DNA of 64,000 nucleotides from a virus. The stretch is taken from IMG/VR virus record IMGVR_UViG_3300028569_002824, positions 60,474 to 124,473 of that record; one strand, 5' to 3'. A model generated the notes under the pieces. It saw nothing but the letters and a program-made list of their open reading frames with translations, made no database searches and was not told the DNA's origin. The translations under genes and the position numbers were made by a program. Within the stretch, counting starts at the first letter, position 1. Every line of letters starts with the position of its first letter. Below are positions 29,686-38,274 of the stretch, one piece after another.

Positions 29686-29841
29686 TTATAAAGAATTGCA
29701 ATTGTTTTCAATATCTTTTAATTCGTCCGCGATTTCATTTTCAGTTTTCAATCTGTAGTTGCCGTTTTCCAATTTAATTACAACTCCCTCGGATAGTAAG
29801 TAATCCAAGTGAAGTTGGACTTGTTGTTCTGTATTGTTCAC
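29686..29841 (-). CDS. small hypothetical protein (51 aa, GTG start)
   Basis: Hand-translated MNNTEQQVQLHLDYLLSEG...; own promoter. Confidence 0.6.
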   Translation of the reverse strand: MNNTEQQVQLHLDYLLSEGVVIKLENGNYRLKTENEIADELKDIENNCNSL

Positions 29842-29848
29842 ATATTAT

Positions 29849-29876
29849 ATTATATTGGGTTTTATTTGTATGTCAA
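29849..29876 (-). promoter_or_regulatory. sigma70 consensus promoter
   Basis: TTGACA-16-TATAAT, 7 nt before GTG. Confidence 0.75.
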
Positions 29877-29933
29877 ACGAAACACCAAAATTATATAAAC
29901 TAAAACCGTCTAAAGTCCGACTTATCTTCGTGG

Positions 29934-29990
29934 CTAAAATACTTTAATAATCAATGCATAAGCTTCTTCTAGTGATTTTTGGTCACTCAT
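29934..29990 (-). pseudogene. leader-only micro-ORF MSDQKSLEEAYALIIKVF
   Basis: Matches the DQxLLEEAY N-terminal motif, then stops after 18 codons. Confidence 0.5.
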
Positions 29991-29995
29991 ATATC

Positions 29996-30214
29996 TTAAT
30001 ATTTATTATAATAGTCTAAATTTTCACGCAAATTATCAAGAGCCATGTCCTTAGCTACTGCGTTGTTTTTAATGTACTTCATCTCTATCTCGATGCCCTT
30101 GATTAATTCTCGATTAAAATCTTCTTTGCTCATTTTGCGTCTATTAGACGGTCCTTTTGCAAACAAACAAAGAAAAAATTTGTTATAAATTTTCTTTACG
30201 AATAATTTAAACAT
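29996..30214 (-). CDS. DUF5661-like small protein
   Basis: ELIKGIEIE...AKDMALDNLRENLDYY. Confidence 0.55.
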   Translation of the reverse strand: MFKLFVKKIYNKFFLCLFAKGPSNRRKMSKEDFNRELIKGIEIEMKYIKNNAVAKDMALDNLRENLDYYNKY

Positions 30215-30218
30215 ACTT

Positions 30219-30407
30219 TTATTTAAATCTGTTTATTAAGCTTCTGTTTTGCTCTAGCATTTTTCCTAAAGTTAAACAACAAAAATCAATAAATTCTTGT
30301 GGTGCTATTTCGTTGCGTTTAAATTTGTCCAGAACAATAAAATACTCCCGAGCCATATTAATGTTGATCGGAATAACCACTTCATCGTTTTTGTGTTCAA
30401 ATTTCAC
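30219..30407 (-). CDS. hypothetical protein
   Basis: GTG start, ATAAGTA 6 nt upstream. Confidence 0.55.
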   Translation of the reverse strand: MKFEHKNDEVVIPININMAREYFIVLDKFKRNEIAPQEFIDFCCLTLGKMLEQNRSLINRFK

Positions 30408-30475
30408 ATAAATTACTTATCTAATTAGACCTATAAAATACGAGAACCCGCATAAGCACGGGGCATTTTAGTGTA

Positions 30476-30829
30476 TTAATAATCCTCAAACCGTTTCGGA
30501 ACCGAGTCTGCTGGAGAGGGATAGTCAGCATCGTTTTTTCTGCTATTATTACTAATATTGGCAGCTATCCTTGATATTTCATACGCAACGTTGGCTGCTA
30601 CTTTTTGTCCGCCTGTCATTGCTGGGTGTAAATCTACTATTTCTGATATGTTTTGATTGAGTTCTTGTAACTGTGATAAAGATTTGACTCGACAGTCTTC
30701 TGCTCCTATCATATCCGCAGCGGTTCTGTACTCCATTAAAAGCACATCTACTATCTTATGCAAGTCATCAACTTTTGATTTAGTGTGAGCGATTAATTCG
30801 TGTATTGTGTTGAATTTAGTTGATATCAT
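30476..30829 (-). CDS. hypothetical protein
   Basis: 117 aa helical ORF. Confidence 0.6.
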   Translation of the reverse strand: MISTKFNTIHELIAHTKSKVDDLHKIVDVLLMEYRTAADMIGAEDCRVKSLSQLQELNQNISEIVDLHPAMTGGQKVAANVAYEISRIAANISNNSRKNDADYPSPADSVPKRFEDY

Positions 30830-30850
30830 AACGCATTTTATGTATTTAGG

Positions 30851-31045
30851 TTATCGGCTTGGTGGCCTATAGTCTCCGGAATTTGTATAAGACGAATCTG
30901 TTCCCAAATCAGCACACCATTCACCAGCGCATGAAAAATCACTACCAGCACCGGTTAGCGTTCCTCCAATAGTTCCACACCCCGTCAAATAAGTAGTTAT
31001 AAATACTACAAAAGTCACCAGCAATATTAGTAATAAGTGTTTCAT
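30851..31045 (-). CDS. entericidin-like small lipoprotein
   Basis: Lipobox LTGC followed by GTIGGTLTGAGSDF. Confidence 0.6.
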   Translation of the reverse strand: MKHLLLILLVTFVVFITTYLTGCGTIGGTLTGAGSDFSCAGEWCADLGTDSSYTNSGDYRPPSR

Positions 31046-31118
31046 GTGAACTCTACTCTCAACTAAACTTAATTTAAGTCAACCAAACTTAACCATCACC
31101 TCAATTTTTCCTCAAATA

Positions 31119-31682
31119 TTAAGTGTACTTTTCACACTCTTTAAACGTTTTTGCTGCAGAGTCTTTTATAGAAACCGTTGGACAAATTCCCCCAATTAAA
31201 GGCCACTGAACATTAATGGTTTCATCGTTCCAAAGAAGAGACTGATCTAATTCTGGTCTGTAAGGAGCAGACACTTTATAGTGAAAATCAGCAAAATCGC
31301 TTAGCACAAGAAACCCATGAGCACAGCCAGGAGGAACCCAAATGCGGTCATGATCCTCAGCATTCAACCAAAATCCTGCCCACATAGCATATGTATCCGA
31401 ACTCTGTCTTAGATCGACAATTACATCAAAGACGGTTCCAGATGTTACCCAAACAAGTTTGCCTTGGGCTGCATCTCCTGATTGGTAGTGCAATCCTCTA
31501 AGTACATGCTTTGGAGAGCGACTGTGATTGTCTTGCACAAAATCGACATCCAGACCAATATCACGAAACGTTTGGCGGTTCCAGGTCTCTAAAAAAAATC
31601 CTCTACCATCATTAAATGTTTTCGGTTTTAATAAAAACGCATCTTGAATTTTTGTGCTGTATATTTTCACGGTTGAAGTCAA
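31119..31682 (-). CDS. rfbC: dTDP-4-dehydrorhamnose 3,5-epimerase
   Basis: DGRGFFLETWN, FVQDNHSRS, VLRGLHYQ, QGKLV, AHGFLVLS. Confidence 0.93.
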   Translation of the reverse strand: MTSTVKIYSTKIQDAFLLKPKTFNDGRGFFLETWNRQTFRDIGLDVDFVQDNHSRSPKHVLRGLHYQSGDAAQGKLVWVTSGTVFDVIVDLRQSSDTYAMWAGFWLNAEDHDRIWVPPGCAHGFLVLSDFADFHYKVSAPYRPELDQSLLWNDETINVQWPLIGGICPTVSIKDSAAKTFKECEKYT

Positions 31683-31742
31683 AGATATTTGTTAAAATTA
31701 ACAACGTCAGCGAAAGCAGGACAATCAAATATCCAGCAAACT

Positions 31743-32075
31743 TCATGTTGTTATATTAGTTAACTCGCTGAATGCACCTTCTGAATCCTCAAAAATAAAC
31801 TCTTGCTCTTTTTCAGTCAATTCTTTTAAGTCGGAGATCAACTCTAGTGCATATTCGGAAGCGCCCGTCAAATGAACGAGTGTTTCAATTAGTTGTTTTG
31901 TTTTCTCACTTGCAGCAACATGAACAGACTTGACCGCAGAATCAAGTTCTTCTCCTGCCTCAGTTTTCTTATAAATTTTATTTAATTCGTAATTAACTTG
32001 TTTAGTTAGTTCACTATATTCTGTTAGGACATTAATCATTGTTGTGTTGTGTGTTATGTGCGGTGTTGTTGTCAT
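31743..32075 (-). CDS. hypothetical protein
   Basis: 110 aa ORF; TTGATC-17-TAATAT upstream. Confidence 0.6.
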   Translation of the reverse strand: MTTTPHITHNTTMINVLTEYSELTKQVNYELNKIYKKTEAGEELDSAVKSVHVAASEKTKQLIETLVHLTGASEYALELISDLKELTEKEQEFIFEDSEGAFSELTNITT

Positions 32076-32149
32076 TGTGTATACATATTAAAGATATTGG
32101 TTGGACAGATCAACGTTAAAAACAGAGTAAACAGATAAATAATCAATAT

Positions 32150-32446
32150 ATGAAAAAAGAAAAAGCTACTACTAAAGCAACAACCGCGAAGAGAGGTCGT
32201 CCTCCTCTAAAGAATAATGCAACCTCTTCTAATAAGAAGACTGCAATACTTTCCGAAAAAAAACCCAAAGTTGCAAAAAAAAGTAAAGTAGACACAAACA
32301 AAAACGAAGAATGTATTGACCTAACAAGAGGACATTCTATTAATCCCGAGTGTAATAGAGGCACGTGCAAAAAAAATCACGGAATATTATCTGCTCTAAA
32401 AACAGTATCCGCTAGGCTGATTGAAAAGATTAAGAAAGCTCTCTAA
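32150..32446 (+). CDS. basic Lys/Ala/Thr-rich protein with AT-hook-like KRGRPP
   Basis: Composition and KRGRPP motif; ATAAATA upstream. Confidence 0.55.
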   Translation: MKKEKATTKATTAKRGRPPLKNNATSSNKKTAILSEKKPKVAKKSKVDTNKNEECIDLTRGHSINPECNRGTCKKNHGILSALKTVSARLIEKIKKAL

Positions 32447-32546
32447 GTTTTCTTAATCTATTCTTCGGCTTTATTTTGAACTCGGAAATTAAACAAGCAG
32501 TAATACTAATAATAGTATCAATATTGCTTTTTTTACTAGGAGTACG

Positions 32547-33509
32547 CTAGTAAACAATTCTTGAGGATATGATTTGGGTAGTAATATCTTCGTGAATATA
32601 ATCTTGTGCAGATTGTACTCTGCGATTAACTTCATCCTGTGCTGATTTGAATGACTGATTACTGTTATCAGCTTTAGTAATGTTCGCTGTTGTATGATAC
32701 CACTCGAGCCAACCTTTTGGGTCTTCACTGTTATTAGCTTTAGTAATGGTTGATGTTGTATGTGGACGTATATTACTACGAACAACTTGTATAACTTCTT
32801 TCTCTACATCACTAATGGAAGATAGCTGATTCTTAATTTTTAAAAATTCAGACTTTAACGCTTCTTGATTTATTTGAGGAGATTTAACAGTAGTAGTTTT
32901 TGAATATACTGTTTGGGGTTTGCTTTTATTGGGCTGCGGCGCAGCAGCAACGCGACTAGCAGCTTTGTTATTTAGTGTTGTTTCTACGGAGTTTAATTTT
33001 TGTTTAGCAATGGGCTTTTTAATATCAGGAACGAACGAAGATCGTATAGCGTTCGGATTGGGACAAAACCCTGCCTTAAAATTGCTGTCGTCTGCTGACG
33101 CAATTGGTTGTTTTAATGCAGGGGAGGAAGCTGTTAAAGAGTGTATGATGTTAACTGCTTTTTGAACTAAAGCATCAAGAGCCAGCTGTGCAATTGTATT
33201 TACAGCCTTTTTAATTGGAGATTCTTCTGAATACTTCTCTTCAATCTTTGTTGGTTTAAACGGGGAAAGGGCAACTACAACAGGCTTGCCTCTCTGTGGA
33301 AACATACTTGACGTATCCTTATTAATCATTCGTTGAAGCTCAGCTTCCTCTTGTTTTTTTACTATTAGCGCTTGTTTACGCTTCTCTGCTCTATAGGAAG
33401 AATACTTAGATATTGCGCAATATCCACCCACGTGTAGTAGAATTACTACAACGAGTGCTTGTTTAAATGAAATTGCTTTTCTAAATCTTTGGTGAAACAT
33501 AACACTCAT
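32547..33509 (-). CDS. membrane-anchored low-complexity protein
   Basis: N-terminal TM ALVVVILLHVGGY; K/A/S/P-rich body. Confidence 0.65.
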   Translation of the reverse strand: MSVMFHQRFRKAISFKQALVVVILLHVGGYCAISKYSSYRAEKRKQALIVKKQEEAELQRMINKDTSSMFPQRGKPVVVALSPFKPTKIEEKYSEESPIKKAVNTIAQLALDALVQKAVNIIHSLTASSPALKQPIASADDSNFKAGFCPNPNAIRSSFVPDIKKPIAKQKLNSVETTLNNKAASRVAAAPQPNKSKPQTVYSKTTTVKSPQINQEALKSEFLKIKNQLSSISDVEKEVIQVVRSNIRPHTTSTITKANNSEDPKGWLEWYHTTANITKADNSNQSFKSAQDEVNRRVQSAQDYIHEDITTQIISSRIVY

Positions 33510-33512
33510 TCT

Positions 33513-34124
33513 TTACATGAACTTAAGAACTTGTCCTACTTTAAGTTGTTTTGGGTCTTTTATTCCATTAATTTTCATTAGACGGGCAGAAACTAGATGA
33601 TACTTTTTTGCAATACCGTAAACTGTATCTCCGCTCTTAACTACATAATTTTTTACTAGTTTGTTTTGAACTTGCTTTGGAGGATGAGTTTCTACCTTTG
33701 GAACTGAAGGAGCTACTTGAACTTGCTTTGGAGGATGAGTTTCTACCTTTGGAACTGAAGGAGCTACTTGAACTTGCTTTGGAAAAAGATTTGATGGTGC
33801 TGCTATTTTAGTATGTGAACTGAGCGCTGCTGTCTGAGGTAAGGAGGGTTCTGCAGGCTTAGTATCCATTGGAACATCGCCTCGGTTTTTACTGTTTGTT
33901 TGAACCACTTCTTGCTTATTTTTATCTTCAGCGGACTTTTGAGCTGCATTAGAAGAAGAAAACCCAAGCACGCAGGCCGCACATACAACATGTGCAGCAA
34001 TGATTGCTCCTGTAATAACAAGAGTACGAGGTTCTTTGATTTTTGGTTCAGTTCTTTGTTTCTTCATATCAAACATATGTTCTTCTTCAGGAGTTACGTC
34101 AATGTGGTAGTGTTTATCATTCAT
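33513..34124 (-). CDS. membrane-anchored LysM peptidoglycan-binding protein
   Basis: TM, Pro-rich linker, C-terminal YVVKSGDTVYGIAKKY...LKVGQVLK. Confidence 0.88.
   Translation of the reverse strand: MNDKHYHIDVTPEEEHMFDMKKQRTEPKIKEPRTLVITGAIIAAHVVCAACVLGFSSSNAAQKSAEDKNKQEVVQTNSKNRGDVPMDTKPAEPSLPQTAALSSHTKIAAPSNLFPKQVQVAPSVPKVETHPPKQVQVAPSVPKVETHPPKQVQNKLVKNYVVKSGDTVYGIAKKYHLVSARLMKINGIKDPKQLKVGQVLKFM
33666..33783. repeat. 51-bp tandem repeat (about 2.3 copies) encoding PKQVQVAPSVPKVETHP
   Basis: Identical units at 33666 and 33717, partial at 33768. Confidence 0.9.
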
Positions 34125-34411
34125 AAATTAGAATTAACGTTGGTTTTGGAGGACACATCAACTGTTAATTTGGATTTTTGTTTAGATGTCAAAATACGTC
34201 GCTCGGGGAAATTGCATTCCAGTGCGTCAGAATAAGGTCCGATTTTCCAAAATTTTTGTGAGGGAGTACACGGAAAGCACTTAGAAATCAAAAAATCTTT
34301 ATTGCTACACACAAATAAAAATCCCCAAAAAGAAGCTACTAACAATACATGTAGAATTACCGAAACACACGAGGTTATAAGCGAAGGGAGTGGTTGTTCT
34401 TTTCTAATCAT
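34121..34411 (-). CDS. small membrane protein
   Basis: TM VSVILHVLLVASFW; ATGA overlap with the LysM gene. Confidence 0.55.
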   Translation of the reverse strand: MIRKEQPLPSLITSCVSVILHVLLVASFWGFLFVCSNKDFLISKCFPCTPSQKFWKIGPYSDALECNFPERRILTSKQKSKLTVDVSSKTNVNSNL

Positions 34412-34429
34412 ATGTTTGGGCGAATCGTT

Positions 34430-35440
34430 TCAATTGTCTTTATAATTTCTGTTAAGGATTTTAAATCCCAGAGGTCTTCTGGAATGTGTGAATCGTGGAT
34501 AGGAAGAAGGTCGGATCACAATTCCTTCCGCCTGTTCCTTAGAAACATACGTTTGCATATCAGCTAATTCCTGAAGTTTATTGATAGCAGTTTGCACATC
34601 ACAACCAATAAAAGAGCATTCAGAAATAAACGGGACAACGTGACATTTAAGTTCTACATTACAGAACCCTTTCATCTCTTGATAATTCATATATTCTCCA
34701 GAAGATTTTTTTATTTGAAACACAATGAACTCGTGATTCTCTAGTCGTAGAGGATTCTTCTGAATGCTAGGACCAACCAACTCACCTTGAAGTATTCCAC
34801 TAAACCCACACGATAAATTAAGCTTCTTAGCAACTTTCCAGAATAAGCTATTTTCTGTGTCTTTCTTTGACAAATTTCGAGAACAAACTTTAACAACAGT
34901 TCCACTTTCAACAACAACAGTCATAGAACTACCGTCAAGCTTTTGTGTAATCGTAACTGACGGAGATTTAATTACCTCTTCCACAATATCGAGATTAGAA
35001 AGACCGTTGTCCTCATCCGTTTTGGAGATCAAGTCTGTTGGAAAATCTCCAATATTTTCTCCAGCAAGATTAGCAGGAAGATCTTTTATGTATTTTTTAA
35101 TACCCAATAATTCAGTTACATCTGTACTCACCTCATACAAACTAAACGAATCTGGAAATTCAGATAGAGGAATGACTAAACCTGCTGAGTATTCTCCTCT
35201 GAGATTTATCATTTTTAGTCTAACTGGTTTATCTGGAGAAGATTTGTTTATTAAAAATTGTGCCCAAGGAGCATTGTGAGGAAGCAATGTATCAATTACG
35301 ATAAACACTACTTTGTCGCCCTCTTTATGTAATCCAGATTGTACAACTGATTGCCAGCCCATTACATGAGCTAATTCTAGTCGATCCGCATTTGAATGAG
35401 GCCGAATCGATTTGATTTTTTCAATAGAGGCTAGTTTCAT
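34430..35440 (-). CDS. RNA ligase, Rnl2/DRB0094-type, with N-terminal OB/tRNA-binding-like domain
   Basis: HSNADRLELA, motif I TQKLDGSS, VCSRN, QGELVG, EGIVIR, FKILN. Confidence 0.88.
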   Translation of the reverse strand: MKLASIEKIKSIRPHSNADRLELAHVMGWQSVVQSGLHKEGDKVVFIVIDTLLPHNAPWAQFLINKSSPDKPVRLKMINLRGEYSAGLVIPLSEFPDSFSLYEVSTDVTELLGIKKYIKDLPANLAGENIGDFPTDLISKTDEDNGLSNLDIVEEVIKSPSVTITQKLDGSSMTVVVESGTVVKVCSRNLSKKDTENSLFWKVAKKLNLSCGFSGILQGELVGPSIQKNPLRLENHEFIVFQIKKSSGEYMNYQEMKGFCNVELKCHVVPFISECSFIGCDVQTAINKLQELADMQTYVSKEQAEGIVIRPSSYPRFTHSRRPLGFKILNRNYKDN

Positions 35441-35474
35441 ATTATAATAAGCGTTGAATGTAACAAATTAACGA

Positions 35475-35500
35475 AACAGCCTGAGAATTCTCAGGCTGTT
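35475..35500. terminator. perfect 26-bp palindrome (hairpin, probable terminator)
   Basis: AACAGCCTGAGAATTCTCAGGCTGTT, 10 nt after the stop of 35511..36350. Confidence 0.55.
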
Positions 35501-35510
35501 AACATCGGTC

Positions 35511-36350
35511 TTACTGTTGTATATTACGAGCAAGTCTAAAGCCAAGCCCTGGAGTTTTAATATCAGGAGTGTCGTGGAAACTCAGCTCGTTAAATTGATT
35601 TGAAAACCATTTATGAGTAGAATCAAAGTAACCTCCTGAACGATAGGAACGAAGCCGATTCCCTTTTAAATCCCAACACCATTCAGTTACGTTTCCAGAC
35701 ATGTCATAAATGCCTAGTTCATTTGCTAGCTTCGTTCCAACTTCATGTGCTGTGTCGTTACTGTTACCTTTATGCCAACAAACGTCATTTATTTCGTTGC
35801 TGCCGGAATATATAAATCCCTTTGACTTAACTCCTCCTCTAGCTGCCCATTCCCACTCAGCTTCAGTAGGAAGACGGTACCCATTAGCATTGACGTTTTG
35901 ATTTACAACAAAAGACCCACTATTTCCAAAGTCGAGTCTTTTGTACACTTTTCCCTGTACTTCATACACCGGAAGCAGTCCTTCCATTTCACTCTTTGAG
36001 TTACACCACTCGACAGCATCATACCAACTTATATGAGTGACTGGATATTTGTCTCCTAGTCCCTGTCCTACGTTTGATAGGCGATATCCATTTTTTACTG
36101 CCCATTGCATTACCGCTTTCCACTCACCCCAAGTCACTTCGTGTTTACTAATTTCAAATGATTTTACTAATTTTTCTGAAACTTTTGACTCTGCTGGCAA
36201 CTCTCCCTCCTTTACTTCGATTAATTCCGAAACATACACATCACGCAAAATGTCAGTGTTTGGTCTCATCTCTGGTGAAGACTCGACACCGTAACTTAAC
36301 GTCAAACAACTAACTGTAATAAATGCAATTAAATAATTTATTGTTTTCAT
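35511..36350 (-). CDS. secreted FGE-sulfatase (SUMF1-like, C-type lectin fold) domain protein
   Basis: Signal peptide; HEVT, YRLPTEAEWEWAARGG, GIYDMSGNVTEWCWD, GFRLAR. Confidence 0.88.
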   Translation of the reverse strand: MKTINYLIAFITVSCLTLSYGVESSPEMRPNTDILRDVYVSELIEVKEGELPAESKVSEKLVKSFEISKHEVTWGEWKAVMQWAVKNGYRLSNVGQGLGDKYPVTHISWYDAVEWCNSKSEMEGLLPVYEVQGKVYKRLDFGNSGSFVVNQNVNANGYRLPTEAEWEWAARGGVKSKGFIYSGSNEINDVCWHKGNSNDTAHEVGTKLANELGIYDMSGNVTEWCWDLKGNRLRSYRSGGYFDSTHKWFSNQFNELSFHDTPDIKTPGLGFRLARNIQQ

Positions 36351-36510
36351 AGAATTACTATCCTACAAAAAATAAACATTTAGTCAACAATCTGATTTGT
36401 GTTTGTACATATACTAGATAAAATTACCGGAATATCAATCGTTTAAAATTTACTGATACTATGTTGTCTGTCGTTTCGTAGTTTAAATGCATATCGACGA
36501 TGCAAATAAT

Positions 36511-36849
36511 TTATACTTTACCTACGTTAAAACCACTATTTTTTTCATTCTTATGAACAAAAAAAGCATAGAGAGTCAACTCTTCTGTTACTTTGCCTTC
36601 AGACGATTTAAGAGTAAGCACACTTCCGTCCAGCATACATACTTCATTATCCCCCTCAGTAAAAGTTACAATTACGTGTACCTCGTTATCTTCTTCGTCC
36701 ACATCAGTCCAACTTAACGATAAAAATTCATTAAAAGGATCTCCGGTAAAATTGTATATTTGAGTTTCTAACAAACGACCTTCCAGTTCAACTACTGGAC
36801 ATTTTTGTAAAATTTTGTATACACCGTTAATAGGAATTAGTTGTTTCAT
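36511..36849 (-). CDS. hypothetical protein
   Basis: 112 aa ORF. Confidence 0.6.
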   Translation of the reverse strand: MKQLIPINGVYKILQKCPVVELEGRLLETQIYNFTGDPFNEFLSLSWTDVDEEDNEVHVIVTFTEGDNEVCMLDGSVLTLKSSEGKVTEELTLYAFFVHKNEKNSGFNVGKV

Positions 36850-36957
36850 TTTAATACTATTGTATTTATCTCAACTCACGTTCTCGATAAGGTGAGTACG
36901 AAACTAATTTATTAAGAGTTCACTTTTAATCTTAATACGCTTAATATAATAGTTGGT

Positions 36958-37113
36958 ATGAACAAGATCGCAAACGAAGTTAAGCAACAAATTCAAGAAC
37001 GTATAAAAACAATAAACGAAAGTGTTCACACAAAAATTACACACGAGTTTAACTCAAACATGACCCGTTATTCTGCATTTAAAGCTCCTTGTATATCTAA
37101 ACAAAAGAAATAA
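36958..37113 (+). CDS. small hypothetical protein (51 aa)
   Basis: Hand-translated MNKIANEVKQQIQERIK...; TATAAT 7 nt upstream. Confidence 0.45.
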   Translation: MNKIANEVKQQIQERIKTINESVHTKITHEFNSNMTRYSAFKAPCISKQKK

Positions 37114-37115
37114 AA

Positions 37116-37187
37116 CATCTCCAAGGGGATTTGAACCCTTACTATGTCCGTGAAAGGGACAGGTGCTAACCATTACACTATGGAGAC
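37116..37187 (-). tRNA. tRNA-Glu(TTC)
   Basis: Cloverleaf; anticodon arm TGTCC-CTTTCAC-GGACA. Confidence 0.9.
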
Positions 37188-37190
37188 ATT

Positions 37191-37265
37191 TGGAGCACTG
37201 GGTCAGAGTCGAACTGACCATAAAGGGTTTTGCAGGCCCTCGCCTAGCCGATTAGCTTCCAGTGC
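37191..37265 (-). tRNA. tRNA-Cys(GCA)
   Basis: GCACTGG/CCAGTGC acceptor, U73, CCA, loop CTGCAAA. Confidence 0.85.
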
Positions 37266-37306
37266 GTAACTGATTTATCGTCTAGTTTTAAAAATAAACA
37301 ACAGAA

Positions 37307-37654
37307 TTAATCGTTAAACCAACCCAACACGTCATTAAACGCTTCTTCGAAGCGTGTCATGTGTTGTGCAGGCTCAAACGATTCTTTGACTTTTGCTTTC
37401 TTTTTCTTGTTTTTTGATGCAGCAAAATCTGCTCCTGTAATTTTATTAAAGGGAGGGGCTTTTTGAGCAAGTTTTTTCTGTTTAGGAGAAAGTTCCTTTT
37501 CGTCTTCTGACTTTTTGTTTTCTTCCTTTTCTTTGTGTTCTAAACACTCTTCGCACTCCTCACATTCACATCCATTCACAGCATACCTACAATGCTCTGC
37601 TTTTTCGAGCATAGTTGCATAAGCTTCACTAAGGAGTTTTTCATCATTATGCAT
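37307..37654 (-). CDS. highly charged small protein with NDxKLLxEAY leader
   Basis: MHNDEKLLSEAY; Cys cluster; ELSPKQKKL motif. Confidence 0.7.
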   Translation of the reverse strand: MHNDEKLLSEAYATMLEKAEHCRYAVNGCECEECEECLEHKEKEENKKSEDEKELSPKQKKLAQKAPPFNKITGADFAASKNKKKKAKVKESFEPAQHMTRFEEAFNDVLGWFND

Positions 37655-37779
37655 AATATTTTACTTAATCAAACATCTAATGAAAAAGCATCCTTGCTTT
37701 GAAACCAGCTTATACAGCTTCTTTTACTGTATCACACAGATTAGTATTAAGAGCAGCAAGCCTACCAAACACCAAAAGA

Positions 37780-38055
37780 TCAGTCTTCAAAATAATTCCA
37801 AAAATCTTCGTACAATCTTTCGAAACTTTCTGCTACTTTTTCTTTCTTCGTCATCTTCTTCTTCTTCTTCATAGCAGCTTGAAGAGCTGGTGGCAATTTC
37901 TTTTGCTTGGCGGTAAGTTCACTCCCACCCTTTTCTGCTTTCTCTTCCTTCTCATCTTCCTTCTTAGCCCAAGGTGGGACCCAATCTTTCCCCTTTCCTT
38001 TCTTCTCTAAGATTAATTCATATGCTTCAGCTAATAGCTTTACGTCGTTGTTCAT
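37780..38055 (-). CDS. highly charged small protein with NDxKLLxEAY leader
   Basis: MNNDVKLLAEAY; ELTAKQKKLPPALQ; related to 37307. Confidence 0.7.
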   Translation of the reverse strand: MNNDVKLLAEAYELILEKKGKGKDWVPPWAKKEDEKEEKAEKGGSELTAKQKKLPPALQAAMKKKKKMTKKEKVAESFERLYEDFWNYFED

Positions 38056-38103
38056 AATGCTATTTAAGGAAAAGGCTGTATATTTATGATGTAAAATAAG
38101 CCG

Positions 38104-38175
38104 AGCCGGGTATCGGATTCGAACCGATGACCTACGGTTTACAAAACCGTTGCACTACCACTGTGCTAACCCGGC
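38104..38175 (-). tRNA. tRNA-Thr(TGT)
   Basis: ACGGT-TTTGTAA-ACCGT. Confidence 0.93.
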
Positions 38176-38188
38176 AACACGAAAAAAA

Positions 38189-38261
38189 TAGCGGGTGAGA
38201 GAATCGAACTCTCCTAAAGATGCTTATGAGACACCTGAATTCGCCAGAATTCTAACCCGCA
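38189..38261 (-). tRNA. tRNA-Met(CAT), initiator-like
   Basis: Loop CTCATAA; U1:U72 mismatch, A11-U24. Confidence 0.8.
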
Positions 38262-38274
38262 TTATAAATCTTAC

